Shown one piece after another: positions 1-9,994 of a DNA stretch of 64,000 bases. This stretch comes from a virus (lineage: Duplodnaviria; Caudoviricetes): positions 64,001 to 128,000 of IMG/VR virus record IMGVR_UViG_3300047382_000771. The stretch is one strand, 5' to 3'. Below the pieces are notes generated by a model. It did not search any database. It was not told the origin of the DNA and saw nothing but the letters and a program-made list of their open reading frames with translations. Both the position numbers and the translations under genes were made by a program. Each line of letters starts with the position of its first letter. Position 1 is the first letter of the stretch.

Positions 1-558
1 GAAATTTTCTAAACTACTACCTTCAGTATTGCTGGGAATTTCGGTCGGAGTTTTGGGGAAACTGCCTGGGTTGCCTTGGTTGCCAGGAATATCAAATGTA
101 AGATTTTTAAATTTTAATAAATTCAAAAAGTCTAACATAACCTTGTTTGGTTCTTTATCTATGGAAGTTAGGAACATGCAACCTGCTCCTCCTTTCCTAT
201 TTAACAAAGCAAAGAAAAGGTGTTCTGCACCTATGTAATGGTCTTGACACTTCTCAGAGAGCTTATGGGCTTCGTTTAAAGCAGTTTTGAAATCATCATT
301 ATACTGAACATCTTTAAGGCTAAGGTCTGATTCCCCTTTCTTGTTCAGGGAACCAAAGGTTGTTACAAAAGATACGAATTCATTTTTAGATATTTTTTGT
401 TTACGCAGAAACAGATCTATGAAATCATCTTCAGATTCTAACAAAAGAATCAACAAATGCTCTTCTCTTACGGACAGATGGCCAAGAGAAAATGCAAGCT
501 CTTTAGATTTAGTTATGAAATACTGGGACTTCGGTGAAAAGTTTGGGCCTTGTGACAT
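1..558 (-). CDS. Clp/Hsp100 ATPase (ClpA/B/C family), N-terminal domain; runs off the window's left edge
   Basis: Absent from the ORF track. Manual translation from ATG at 558 is open to position 1: MSQGPNFSPKSQYFITKSKELAFSLGHLSVREEHLLILLLE...ALNEAHKLSEKCQDHYIGAEHLFFALL...SSLENF. It has two Clp_N repeats (EHLL / EHLF motifs) and the SxLExF linker that precedes AAA-1. Confidence 0.85.
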   Translation of the reverse strand, partial: MSQGPNFSPKSQYFITKSKELAFSLGHLSVREEHLLILLLESEDDFIDLFLRKQKISKNEFVSFVTTFGSLNKKGESDLSLKDVQYNDDFKTALNEAHKLSEKCQDHYIGAEHLFFALLNRKGGAGCMFLTSIDKEPNKVMLDFLNLLKFKNLTFDIPGNQGNPGSFPKTPTEIPSNTEGSSLENF

Positions 559-565
559 ATATAAT

Positions 566-575
566 ATTATTACAC
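566..575 (-). promoter_or_regulatory. GTGTAH motif before the clp gene
   Basis: GTGTAATAAT; hexamer 11 nt before ATG 558; GTG TAA is also the last codon and stop of dnaE. Confidence 0.65.
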
Positions 576-3146
576 AGAATCGTTCTTAAAGTCGGAAAGT
601 TTCATGTAGATCATTTCGTCAATGATCCTTATTCGATTTAAAAATAATGCATCTCCAGACCTATTTTTTTCCCCATAAACAACAACTATGTTCCCTTCTG
701 AGGGGACCTTATTATCCTTTAAATATTCTGTGCATTTTTTGAACCTAGCTGTATCTACTAATATACCATCGACATTCCCGACCTCATCTTCGAGTTCGAG
801 TTTGATGTAAAGATTACCATTTCTGGATTTTTCTTTTTTTGCAAATTTAACGACCAGTAAATATTTAGCAACAGTACCAGCTTCGCACTCTTTAAAAAAC
901 TTAGAGTCCTTTAACTCCGAGTGTGAACTAGAAAATACATCTTTTAATCTAGTCGAGTAACTGAACCCAAGTAAGCTGCGTTCGAAGTACCAATTGGCGA
1001 ATTTCTGGTTCTTACTGTTTTTGTAGTATATTTCTTTTTGTGGCAAGTATTTTTTCTTAATAGTTTCATATCTAGATTCTTTAATTAATGGCTTGCCATC
1101 GTCCCCTGAGTATTTAAAACCAGAAGTTTTTGCTGAATTAAATATTTCGAACACGTCTTTATCTTCTTTTTCATGTATTGATATGAAGTTTCTTTTCTCT
1201 CTGTCAGTAAGAATATTAAATAATTGAGCCTCTAGTACTTGTTTGGCCCTATCTTCGTTTTGAGAGTCACTAAGAGCGCCTGCCTGTATTAAGGATGACA
1301 ATGTGCCTATATTGAGACCAGAATGCTTAGCTGCTATGAATACTTCGAATTTATTAACAAACTTTTCTTCCTTGAACAACTGTATGGCATGTAAAGTTTT
1401 ATCGCTTATGCCCTTTATGCTAGACAAACCATATCTTATGTTTCCATCTTCAACACAATAATCAAAATCAGATTTAACTAAATTTGGTGGTAATAGTTTT
1501 ATGTCAAAATTTGGTAGCTCTTTGCTGATATTAGAGACTTCAAGCTGCGGATTTGGCTCAAAGTTTGTCATTTTTAATAACGCAAGAAAGAACTCTTGTG
1601 GATGATTAAATTTTAAATAAACAGTCCATGCCGCTAATGTAGCGTAACTGATAGAGTGGCTTTTATTAAATGAATAATTAGCACTATCTTCAGCCACCTT
1701 CCATAAAATATCACCAATAGTCTCTTCGAGATTTTGTTCTTCTATCTTATCTTCAATCTTGCTTTTCCACTCTGGCATTTTGTCTACCTTTTTCTTGCCT
1801 ACAATTCTTCTTAATTGTTCTGACTCGTCAAGGGTGAACCCTAATCTCACCGCCATCTTCATTAACTGCTCTTGGTATAATGGTATACCACCAGTATACG
1901 AGAGCTCTTCTTCAAAGAAATCATGAACTACCTGAGCCTCTCCAGACCTAATATAGTCAGAGTACTTATCAACAAAATCTAATGCCCCTGGCCTGGCTAA
2001 AGCTATAACAGCACTAAGCTCTTCAAGGCTTCTGGGTTTCACTTTTCTGCAAACAGAAAAATTAGTATGAGCCTCTATCTGAAATAAACCATGCGGAGAA
2101 TCTAGTTCAGAGAAAGGGTAATAGGTCTTGTCTTCATCTAGAGGTATCTTTGTTGGGTCAATACCTATTGAGTTGCAGGTGTTGTAAATTACACTTAACG
2201 TACGCAACCCAAGAATATCAAACTTAACCATAAGTTCTGACACCCAATTCATATCATAACCAGTGACAAGAGAGCCGTCATTAGTTTTTTGAACGGGACA
2301 TATGTCTTCGATTGCATTACAGGAAATAGCTATGCCAGACGGATGAACTCCTGAGTTTTTGTTTAAACCCTCAAGCTTCCTTGAAATGTCTACCACCCTC
2401 GTGTTATCTTCGGACCACTCCTTGAATTTAGTACTCTCCTCTAAGGATTTATCTATAGATGCTACCTTCCCAAAATTCTTGGGTATAAATGATGTAACAT
2501 GATTTATGTCTTGCTCTATATAATTACCTACTATTTTTCCACACTCCCTAATGCAGAGTTTGCTGCTCAAAGTATTCAATGTGAGAATTTTAGCAGTTCT
2601 ATTTGGGTAGCGATTTTCTATGTAAGAAACAACCCTGTCCCTATGTTCATAAGAAATATCATTATCAATATCAGCTAGTAAGCTTCCATCAAGATATGTT
2701 ACTCCATCTTTCTTGATCTTTTTTGCTCGACTCTCACTCACGAACCTCTCAAAAAATAAGTCATACTTAATAGGGTCAATCTTTGTGACACCAATAAAGA
2801 ATAAAACTAAAGAACCAGCGGCAGAACCACGACCTGGCCCAGTAGGTATATCATTTTCATGACAAAAATTTAATATGTCCCAATTCAGCAATATATAATC
2901 TATAAACCCTAATCTTTTTAAAATTGATAGCTCGCTAGATAGTCTGCCCTTGTACCCAAGTTTATCTTTTGATAAATCAATCCCTTTTAGTTTAGCTCCC
3001 GATTCACAGATCCTTTTTAGAAACATGAAATTAGATGCCCCGTCCTCCAAACCAACAGACTCGTACTGTTCTTTAGAGATGTTGATAGTGGGAAGGAGCA
3101 CTCCCGCAGGGATGCATTCTTCATAACTTGTGTAGGAATCAAACAT
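570..3146 (-). CDS. dnaE: DNA polymerase III alpha-type (C-family) core lacking the PHP domain
   Basis: Motifs GPGRGSAAGSLV, DIDND (catalytic), SGVHPSGI, KFDILGL, GIPLYQEQLM, YSFNKSHS, IRYGLSSIKG and a C-terminal OB fold; begins just after the position of PHP. Confidence 0.95.
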   Translation of the reverse strand: MFDSYTSYEECIPAGVLLPTINISKEQYESVGLEDGASNFMFLKRICESGAKLKGIDLSKDKLGYKGRLSSELSILKRLGFIDYILLNWDILNFCHENDIPTGPGRGSAAGSLVLFFIGVTKIDPIKYDLFFERFVSESRAKKIKKDGVTYLDGSLLADIDNDISYEHRDRVVSYIENRYPNRTAKILTLNTLSSKLCIRECGKIVGNYIEQDINHVTSFIPKNFGKVASIDKSLEESTKFKEWSEDNTRVVDISRKLEGLNKNSGVHPSGIAISCNAIEDICPVQKTNDGSLVTGYDMNWVSELMVKFDILGLRTLSVIYNTCNSIGIDPTKIPLDEDKTYYPFSELDSPHGLFQIEAHTNFSVCRKVKPRSLEELSAVIALARPGALDFVDKYSDYIRSGEAQVVHDFFEEELSYTGGIPLYQEQLMKMAVRLGFTLDESEQLRRIVGKKKVDKMPEWKSKIEDKIEEQNLEETIGDILWKVAEDSANYSFNKSHSISYATLAAWTVYLKFNHPQEFFLALLKMTNFEPNPQLEVSNISKELPNFDIKLLPPNLVKSDFDYCVEDGNIRYGLSSIKGISDKTLHAIQLFKEEKFVNKFEVFIAAKHSGLNIGTLSSLIQAGALSDSQNEDRAKQVLEAQLFNILTDREKRNFISIHEKEDKDVFEIFNSAKTSGFKYSGDDGKPLIKESRYETIKKKYLPQKEIYYKNSKNQKFANWYFERSLLGFSYSTRLKDVFSSSHSELKDSKFFKECEAGTVAKYLLVVKFAKKEKSRNGNLYIKLELEDEVGNVDGILVDTARFKKCTEYLKDNKVPSEGNIVVVYGEKNRSGDALFLNRIRIIDEMIYMKLSDFKNDSV

Positions 3147-3345
3147 TATTCTGTAAGGTGTTTTCTATTTCAAGTAAATCTGTATAAACTGCGTATACTT
3201 CATCTGGTCTCGTGCTCCAATATTCTGGAGGTTTTGATAAGAAAAATTTAATTAGATCAGCTAAGTGTTGGTTGGCTTTGTTCTTGAGTAATGTGTCTTT
3301 TAAGTATTGGTATGTAATAGTATTATTCATATTGAAATATTCCAA
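3139..3345 (-). CDS. Hypothetical protein
   Basis: 68-aa ORF overlapping its neighbours in the polymerase cluster. Confidence 0.6.
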   Translation of the reverse strand: MEYFNMNNTITYQYLKDTLLKNKANQHLADLIKFFLSKPPEYWSTRPDEVYAVYTDLLEIENTLQNNV

Positions 3346-3974
3346 ATCATTTTATTAAAAACTTCAAAATTTTTAGTTATATCGTAAAGCGCATCATGCA
3401 GTTTTGCAGGATCAAAACTTATATCGTACTTTTTGCAACAAGAGGCTAAGTTTAAACTCATACCCCTCTCTCTGAAAGAATTTAATTTGAATTGAAAAAC
3501 AGATAAATCTTCTTTTTTGTTGTATGGTATTTCTTTTTGTATAGCTTTGCCGATTGATAATGTATCAATAGATCTTTTAAGATAACTGTAGTCAGTCTTT
3601 CTGCCTAAGCACTGTCTGAATATGTTGTGTATATATATATCAAAACCAAATATATTGTGCCCCAAATTTATGTACTCTGGATTATACAAGTAGGTCTCAA
3701 AGTGATCTAAGATAAAAGAAGGATCTTCGCCTCTAGCATTATATACTTTTCTCGAAAAACCAGTAATCTTTTCTGCATCTTTGGATATTTTTAAGTCATC
3801 CCATTTTATATAATAATCGTGCTTGGAAATAATCTTTGTTCCCTCAGCAATAATAAATGCTAACTGCCAAGGCTTGTTATCTTCTGACGCTAAATTAAGA
3901 TTGCAGGTTTCGAAATCAAAGATAAGATATTTTTGATCTTTTTTAAACCTTAAAAGTTCGTTATCCATTATCAC
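3327..3974 (-). CDS. DnaQ-like DEDDh 3'-5' exonuclease
   Basis: ExoI IFDFETC, ExoII GHNIFGFD, ExoIII LHDALYD. Confidence 0.9.
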   Translation of the reverse strand: MIMDNELLRFKKDQKYLIFDFETCNLNLASEDNKPWQLAFIIAEGTKIISKHDYYIKWDDLKISKDAEKITGFSRKVYNARGEDPSFILDHFETYLYNPEYINLGHNIFGFDIYIHNIFRQCLGRKTDYSYLKRSIDTLSIGKAIQKEIPYNKKEDLSVFQFKLNSFRERGMSLNLASCCKKYDISFDPAKLHDALYDITKNFEVFNKMIWNISI

Positions 3975-4167
3975 TTGAGAGGTTTTTTAAATTATTAATT
4001 AAAGCATGCTTTTCCTTGCTGGGTAAGGAGTTATACTGCCTCTTTAATGCTTTAAGCATTCTTTTGTGTTCTGGTATAGAGCTGTCATAATTTATGATAG
4101 ATTTTATTTTTTTAACAGTACTGGAATTCATAATTTTATATTTAGGATTGTTATAGGAGACTCTCAT
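3961..4167 (-). CDS. Hypothetical basic protein
   Basis: 68-aa ORF overlapping both neighbours. Confidence 0.55.
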   Translation of the reverse strand: MRVSYNNPKYKIMNSSTVKKIKSIINYDSSIPEHKRMLKALKRQYNSLPSKEKHALINNLKNLSSDNG

Positions 4168-4900
4168 AGCAAAATTCTTTACTACCCATGTGGTCTAAGT
4201 TGGGTTTTTCTAGAGAACTTTTTCTAGACGCGAAAGAGCTTCTAGAACATATGAGTTTATATGTTAAGAATGCTTCAAAATCTTTACGATTTTTATAAAA
4301 AACAGATTTAGTTTTATGGGTCGGGTAAGAATGATTCAATGTATAGTTTTTGATATTGTTTTCTAACATAAAATCAAAGGGTAAACCATTGTCTTCCAAA
4401 AAGAAATGAGGGTTAAAACTAGATAAATCCACGACAAATGAATTAAATAAAAATAAATTACAAAACAAAAAAGAATCATAAAATGGAACAGCTAAATCTA
4501 GATGGTCTGAATTCCAATATGAAGCCAAATCCGTTAAGGTGATAGCATTTATATCACTCGACTTTACTTTACTATAAATTTTAAATAAACACTTGCACCC
4601 TTCGGAATTCTTACTAAATACAATTAACTTATGTTTCGGAGTTTTTTTGTCTTCTGGGTCAAAAGATTCGTCTACTATATCTATTCTTAAACCGAATCTA
4701 AAATTAACATCCATAGCCTTAGCTACTTTGTTCGCTTGAAGGAAACCCATAAAGCTATCTTCAACCATTACTACTTCTGTAAGATTGTTTTCTTTAACTA
4801 TATCAAATACAGAATCTGATGAGCCATTCGACTCGGAAGGCTCGTTTAATGTTAAGATAGATTTACCAATAGAATAGTGGCTTTTGAATAGCGGTATCAT
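4151..4900 (-). CDS. Stand-alone PHP domain of a C-family DNA polymerase (degenerate metal site)
   Basis: PLFKSHYSIGKSIL...VVMVED...FGLRID...HKLIVFSKNSEG matches the DnaE N-terminal PHP pattern (HxHSxYS, TD, GxE, HLxLLAKNxxG) with several ligands lost. Confidence 0.8.
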   Translation of the reverse strand: MIPLFKSHYSIGKSILTLNEPSESNGSSDSVFDIVKENNLTEVVMVEDSFMGFLQANKVAKAMDVNFRFGLRIDIVDESFDPEDKKTPKHKLIVFSKNSEGCKCLFKIYSKVKSSDINAITLTDLASYWNSDHLDLAVPFYDSFLFCNLFLFNSFVVDLSSFNPHFFLEDNGLPFDFMLENNIKNYTLNHSYPTHKTKSVFYKNRKDFEAFLTYKLICSRSSFASRKSSLEKPNLDHMGSKEFCYESLL

Positions 4901-4939
4901 CGCTAAACATCATAGCAATAAACAGGTTCGAAGTCAAGG

Positions 4940-6094
4940 CTATTTTTTAGCTCTCTCAATGAAGTGGTCGGCTAAACCACCTTCGTCTATGTACTCCTGC
5001 AACTCTTCTAATAATTTATTCCTAATAGCTTTTACATCTGGTGGTAGCTCTTCCTTCTTGTGGGCTGCGAAAGTCATCGTAGCTGCTATCAGGAGTAGGA
5101 TAGCTAGAGGGTCAAATACGAATATAAGAGTTATTATAACTACACGGATGGCTTGATTAGTGTCAATAGACATACCTGCCCATTCGTTTAGCATGTTAGC
5201 TATATATAGGATTGGACCTATCTCCACTTCTAGGGCCCTTAATTTGGATCCATACTCAAATTTTTCTGACTCCATGACATCTATTCTGTCGTAAGCTTCT
5301 TCTATGACAGTTCTTGGGACACTTGTTTCTTTTGGAGCAATGGAGGTGCCTATTAAAATATTATCAATTTTATCTCTTGAGTCTTTTATTTTATCATCAA
5401 AACTTGAAGAAATAGATTGAATTTCTTCCTCAATAGATAAACGCTGTGAAGCTAAGCTTTCTTTTTCTTTTTTTTGAGCATCGACTAGTTGGTCATATTT
5501 TTTTTGACTCCCAAAAAGACCGCTTGGTTTTGCGTTTTTTAATTCTAGATCTAACTCCAAGAGCCTTCCTGATATATTTGTTATAATTTTCTCTTGTACA
5601 GATATAGAGGAAGACTTTTCTTCTTTTAATAATTTAACCCTAGACTCTAATACTGCAACAGTATCGCTCGAATTTTCTTGAGCGGACTGCATGGATTCAT
5701 TTAAGGATTTAAATTCTAACTCTTTTCTTTCTATAAATTTTAATTCCCTATTGATTTTATCATCTATCTGTTGAATGATTGCTTGTTCTTTTTCTATAGA
5801 TGCGTGGTGCTCCACGTGCGATCTTGAAAGGAAGCCAAAAATACCCATACTTGTTATCAAACTTAAAACAACAACAGAAAATAAAAGATAACGTTTAAGA
5901 AACTTAAATGCATTATTCCAATTATGGTGCAACCATACGGACGCAATAAGTTTTCCAATCTCCAGTACCCCGCCCATAATTATGATAGCTTCCCTTGAGC
6001 CTGGGAACATGGTAGCTAGACCTATGACACTAAAATAAGCTGCCGTCAAAGAAATAGATACGGCAGAAACAAAAACTAGTCCTGCAAAAAACAT
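4940..6094 (-). CDS. Membrane-anchored coiled-coil protein
   Basis: Three N-terminal hydrophobic helices, a long coiled coil and a C-terminal TM segment (IITLIFVFDPLAILLLIAA). Confidence 0.6.
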   Translation of the reverse strand: MFFAGLVFVSAVSISLTAAYFSVIGLATMFPGSREAIIIMGGVLEIGKLIASVWLHHNWNNAFKFLKRYLLFSVVVLSLITSMGIFGFLSRSHVEHHASIEKEQAIIQQIDDKINRELKFIERKELEFKSLNESMQSAQENSSDTVAVLESRVKLLKEEKSSSISVQEKIITNISGRLLELDLELKNAKPSGLFGSQKKYDQLVDAQKKEKESLASQRLSIEEEIQSISSSFDDKIKDSRDKIDNILIGTSIAPKETSVPRTVIEEAYDRIDVMESEKFEYGSKLRALEVEIGPILYIANMLNEWAGMSIDTNQAIRVVIITLIFVFDPLAILLLIAATMTFAAHKKEELPPDVKAIRNKLLEELQEYIDEGGLADHFIERAKK

Positions 6095-6355
6095 TTATAA
6101 GTCCTCCTTTAATCCTCTTTTCTTTATTTTATTATTTTGATATGTACAAAAAGTAATCAAAACAAAATGCCTACCCATAACTTTTTTATGAGTAATAGAA
6201 TAATTGTAGTTTTTTAGGAAACGAGATAAATCAATTAAGTATTTATCTTGTACATATATTATGATTTTTTTTGGATTACCTTTGTCGTCAATATCTTGAG
6301 AGAACATGACATCGTCTGCATATTCATAGCAAATATTTTCTATCGTAGTATTCAT
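6095..6355 (-). CDS. Hypothetical protein
   Basis: 86-aa ORF preceded by the GTGTAH motif. Confidence 0.6.
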   Translation of the reverse strand: MNTTIENICYEYADDVMFSQDIDDKGNPKKIIIYVQDKYLIDLSRFLKNYNYSITHKKVMGRHFVLITFCTYQNNKIKKRGLKEDL

Positions 6356-6361
6356 TCATAA

Positions 6362-6371
6362 TAATGTACAC
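6362..6371 (-). promoter_or_regulatory. GTGTAH motif
   Basis: GTGTACATTA; 10 nt before ATG 6355. Confidence 0.6.
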
Positions 6372-6377
6372 TACAAA

Positions 6378-7448
6378 TTACAAAAAATCATCAATTTCTA
6401 CAGCAGGTTTATTCCAATAAGGGCAGCCTTTGTATTCCATTTTTTCCACATATTCCCCTTTAGATTCGTCAGGTGTAAGTATATTTTTGGCTTCTTCAAA
6501 AACTGACTTAATAATTTTACCAGATTCATTTTTGATAACATAATAAGTCAACGGCTTCCTGTAAGAACATATATATGCCACGATAGGCTCACCGTTTTTA
6601 TCTAAAAGGGGACTACCTTTAGATATTTTATAACCATCCTTCCCGCACATTAGCGGGCCGCCAAAGGTTCCGTCTTGAGGATAACCTTGTGATCCAGCAA
6701 AGTTAGCTACTGCGTCTTGCTCGTCAAAACTATCTAGGAAAGATTGTATATCGGTTAAGTGAAGCTCTACCCCCTCTAGCTCTTCGTCTGATAAATTTTT
6801 CATTTTCAAATTGCCATTCGCATTTAAATCAAACTTTAAAAACAAAAACTCAACTTGACGTTTGGTGAAATTAGGGAACATTTTTTTAACAGCGAGAGTG
6901 TAAAGAAAATCTTGGAGATTATCTGTCACTTCTTTACCTTTGAAAATTTGCTTACTGCTCTTAAAGTCTCTGATGATGGCGGTGCTTTTTTCTTTATACA
7001 AGAATAATTTATCAATAAAGCCTCTAAGTCGGTAAAGTTTTCCTGCTTCATCAACAGTAATATCAAAAGATTGCTCAGATATAGCTTGATCGGGCGTCCC
7101 ATTATGATTGTCCCCGAAGAAATCAAAGTGCAGGCCTGCCAGCGTCATGTCGTCAATCATTTTTAAATTGTCTACATCGTTTACATTTAATTTTTTAGCA
7201 TGATACTGGACCAGCCTTTTGATTGGGGCACACGCAAATATAGAATCTTTAAGAATGATTTCGTCATATATTTTTTTGTGTTTTTCTTCCCCTAATAACT
7301 CAAAGATTAAGTGGCATATCCATCCCCTGCTTGCACCATCGTTACTTTTGTCTGGAACTTTTAAATGGTATGTAGCCCAATAACTCCAAGAGCAACTTTG
7401 GGCTTTTTTAATTTTACTAGCTGATAGTGGAGTGAGTTCTTTTTTCAT
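6378..7448 (-). CDS. PD-(D/E)XK nuclease (RecB/AddB/Cas4-like exonuclease)
   Basis: LSASKIK...C, GWICHLIFE, SEQSF, LRGFIDKL, IRDFKSSK, QDFLY; cysteines near both termini. Confidence 0.85.
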   Translation of the reverse strand: MKKELTPLSASKIKKAQSCSWSYWATYHLKVPDKSNDGASRGWICHLIFELLGEEKHKKIYDEIILKDSIFACAPIKRLVQYHAKKLNVNDVDNLKMIDDMTLAGLHFDFFGDNHNGTPDQAISEQSFDITVDEAGKLYRLRGFIDKLFLYKEKSTAIIRDFKSSKQIFKGKEVTDNLQDFLYTLAVKKMFPNFTKRQVEFLFLKFDLNANGNLKMKNLSDEELEGVELHLTDIQSFLDSFDEQDAVANFAGSQGYPQDGTFGGPLMCGKDGYKISKGSPLLDKNGEPIVAYICSYRKPLTYYVIKNESGKIIKSVFEEAKNILTPDESKGEYVEKMEYKGCPYWNKPAVEIDDFL

Positions 7449-8482
7449 TACATGTGTTTTTTGAATGATTGATAAGCAGATTTAGATATATCACCAGATT
7501 CATTGTAAGATTTTATATCACTATCTATTTGTTCTAGATTTGAGCCTGGCTCAGAAAGGTTTGATGACCAGACTTCTATCTGATATTCATTCATGTCTCC
7601 GAAGTCATTAAGTGTCGGAGGGTTAATAGCTATCCTTGATCGAGAGAAATAATTCAAAAGCTTACAATAAACTCCTAGAGATCCTATTTTGCCTCTATTT
7701 TTTTCTTTCCCTTCATCGTTATTAAGACAAATGTGAATACATTCAGCGTCAATACTTAATAAAAAACATAGAACTTTTGAAGATATAGATGTACCAAAAG
7801 TACATATAGTATTATGTATACCTGCAGAATGAAGTGATAGTATATCACCTATACTTTCAACTAAATATATACATCTGTTTTCTTTAATTGAATTTAGGAA
7901 TATATTTTCACCGTCAACGGGAACAAAAGCTGGGTATACCCAATTAGTTTTTTTACCGACATGTTTCCATTTGGGCCTATTAGAGGATTTACTATTCATG
8001 TCCCTTCCGCTGAAACCATGTATCTGACCAGTTTCATTGTAAATTGGGAAAACGAACCTTTGATACATAGCCCCCTCTGTAGCGAGACCCCCTTTTAAAT
8101 TAACCAAGACATCTTCACTAACCCCCTTGTTGGTATAAAAAATATAGTGAGGCATTAATTTTTGCAGAATGGATTCGTCGTATATTTTTTCAGAAGACAT
8201 TTTAGGTTTTTGCTGATTTACTGGGTTGTTAGAAAAGTTTTCTAAAAACTCACTAATTTTAGATTCATCTGTAGTTTTAATTGTTGCACAAATTAATTCC
8301 TTAAATGGCATTCTTGGGGTGTTTTTAACGAAGTCAGTCCACACCCCTGTGTCCTTATATATCATTAAAGCTGTGGGATTATTACCACCCCTGTACAATG
8401 CACTGGTCCTCCAATGATTGCCGCAATCTTGCAGAGAGTAGCCCATTTTGTTTAGGCTAGTTTTAATTACTTCTTGATTCAT
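7448..8482 (-). CDS. DNA primase (DnaG-like, TOPRIM)
   Basis: RFVFPIYN...GFSGR, LVESIGD, LNNDEG (DxD variant) and DFGDM. Confidence 0.85.
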   Translation of the reverse strand: MNQEVIKTSLNKMGYSLQDCGNHWRTSALYRGGNNPTALMIYKDTGVWTDFVKNTPRMPFKELICATIKTTDESKISEFLENFSNNPVNQQKPKMSSEKIYDESILQKLMPHYIFYTNKGVSEDVLVNLKGGLATEGAMYQRFVFPIYNETGQIHGFSGRDMNSKSSNRPKWKHVGKKTNWVYPAFVPVDGENIFLNSIKENRCIYLVESIGDILSLHSAGIHNTICTFGTSISSKVLCFLLSIDAECIHICLNNDEGKEKNRGKIGSLGVYCKLLNYFSRSRIAINPPTLNDFGDMNEYQIEVWSSNLSEPGSNLEQIDSDIKSYNESGDISKSAYQSFKKHM

Positions 8483-9984
8483 TAAAGCTCTGGATCGAAT
8501 AAGTCTCCTCCGCCTGGGTTATTTACATTTAATTCTGCAGCTGTCTGTGCATCCACCATGTCCTGCAAGTCGCCTACTTCTTTGACTGCAAAATTTTCAA
8601 TTTCAAGATTAATGCAGTTGCGTTTTAATTCACCGTCATGCATCCTTACTGGAACTACAGCTCTATGTACGTCTTCCCCTAAGTGCCTACACTTAAACCA
8701 GCTCAATTTATGAGTACCAAAACCCTCTTCTTCAGCTAATTCGTCTGTTGTTTTCTGCCTAAGACTAAGTAAGTGAGAGCTGAACTGAGTAATCCTGTCG
8801 GATAAAGAGACGATGCTCTCATCTTCAACTAAACTGTCTGACCTTCTATTATTAGTGATGCCAGTCCTATTACTTTGAACGCTGGTTATTAATGATAAGG
8901 CGGGTTCATCATTAAAGACTAAGTCTTTTTGGATGAGTCTTTTAAGTTTATCAACCATCTCCCCAACAACTTGCCATTCAGATTTATTTTGCATGCTTTC
9001 TGACGTGGTTTTGATATAGTCAAAGCTTAATATCATGGGGTTACCCCTCCCTACATTTGAAAAATAAAAATGTTTTACTTTCTGGATCATGGCATCTACA
9101 GGTAATCCCCCTACATTTTCATAGAAAAACTGATAGTTTTTAACCTTAGACCAAACATCTCTTACCTTAGAAACTATTTCGTCACCAGCCTGCCTCCATT
9201 GACCAGTTTCTAATAGTCTAATAGGTACCCCAGATAAAGCAGAGCACTGACGCATTATAAGTTCTTCTTTACTCATTTCGCCGTTGTCTAGATGCAAAAC
9301 AGGTATGCTGTATTTCAAGGAAACTTTAGTACAAAAGTCCATGACAAATTGTGTTTTACCAACACCAGATCTAGCTACTATTGTGGTGATGTTTCCAGGC
9401 CTAAGTAATGAACCTAGAACTTGATGTAACCTAGGGTGCGGACCAGTTGGGCCAAAATCTGTTATTGGATTGTTGCCTCTATCTTCTATTAACTCGCTCA
9501 TCTCTGAGAAAATATTTTTAGGAGCATCTGCTTGGTTTTCATAAGAACTAATTGTTTTATTGAAAATTTCATCAGCAGTATTGACTATATCTGTATAGGA
9601 TTTTTCTGCACTCATCTTTTCCATGGAGGATGAGAGTTTTAATCCTACTTGTTTAATTTCCCTGCGTATCGATAATTTTTTTACTTCTCGAGCTGAGGAA
9701 ACCGTACCTGCTTCAGAGCACTTCCTTAAGGATAACGCATGCAGATAGTCACCTATATCTATGTTGTCTTCAAAAGAGATCCCCGATAGAGATATCTTTT
9801 CAGCAAGAATAGATGAGTCTATTGATTCAGACTTTTCGTAACTGTTAGCGAGGAAAGCATAAATAGTTTTATTGACATCTGATACGAAGTCGTTAGCACT
9901 AAAAAAGGGGGCTACTTGACTGTAAGCACAAGGATGAGATAATAATCCAGCAATTAATTGCTGTTCGAGTTCAAATGAATGCAT
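8482..9984 (-). CDS. dnaB: Replicative DNA helicase
   Basis: N-terminal DnaB domain (EQQLIAGLL), Walker A ARSGVGKT, GEMS, FDYIK, SVQSNR and SDRITQFSS. Confidence 0.9.
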   Translation of the reverse strand: MHSFELEQQLIAGLLSHPCAYSQVAPFFSANDFVSDVNKTIYAFLANSYEKSESIDSSILAEKISLSGISFEDNIDIGDYLHALSLRKCSEAGTVSSAREVKKLSIRREIKQVGLKLSSSMEKMSAEKSYTDIVNTADEIFNKTISSYENQADAPKNIFSEMSELIEDRGNNPITDFGPTGPHPRLHQVLGSLLRPGNITTIVARSGVGKTQFVMDFCTKVSLKYSIPVLHLDNGEMSKEELIMRQCSALSGVPIRLLETGQWRQAGDEIVSKVRDVWSKVKNYQFFYENVGGLPVDAMIQKVKHFYFSNVGRGNPMILSFDYIKTTSESMQNKSEWQVVGEMVDKLKRLIQKDLVFNDEPALSLITSVQSNRTGITNNRRSDSLVEDESIVSLSDRITQFSSHLLSLRQKTTDELAEEEGFGTHKLSWFKCRHLGEDVHRAVVPVRMHDGELKRNCINLEIENFAVKEVGDLQDMVDAQTAAELNVNNPGGGDLFDPEL

Positions 9985-9994
9985 GTTTTATTTA

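Noticed and set aside
62-87. Short tandem repeat ctgcctggg-ttgccttgg-ttgcc
   Set aside because: It encodes GNQGNPG in the Clp linker; ordinary low-complexity coding sequence.
29-589. Plus-strand ORFs 29-238 and 341-589
   Set aside because: They are antisense shadows of the Clp N-domain gene.
2185-2194. Intragenic GTGTAA hits (also near 40360)
   Set aside because: They are not near a start codon, and such hexamers are expected by chance in AT-rich DNA.
3100-4200. Split intein joining the PHP and DnaE pieces
   Set aside because: There is no CL/CF-type N-intein after PHP and no HN-C/S terminal motif before the core.
6378-7448. CRISPR-associated Cas4
   Set aside because: No cas1/cas2 or array; the replication-operon context fits a stand-alone phage exonuclease.
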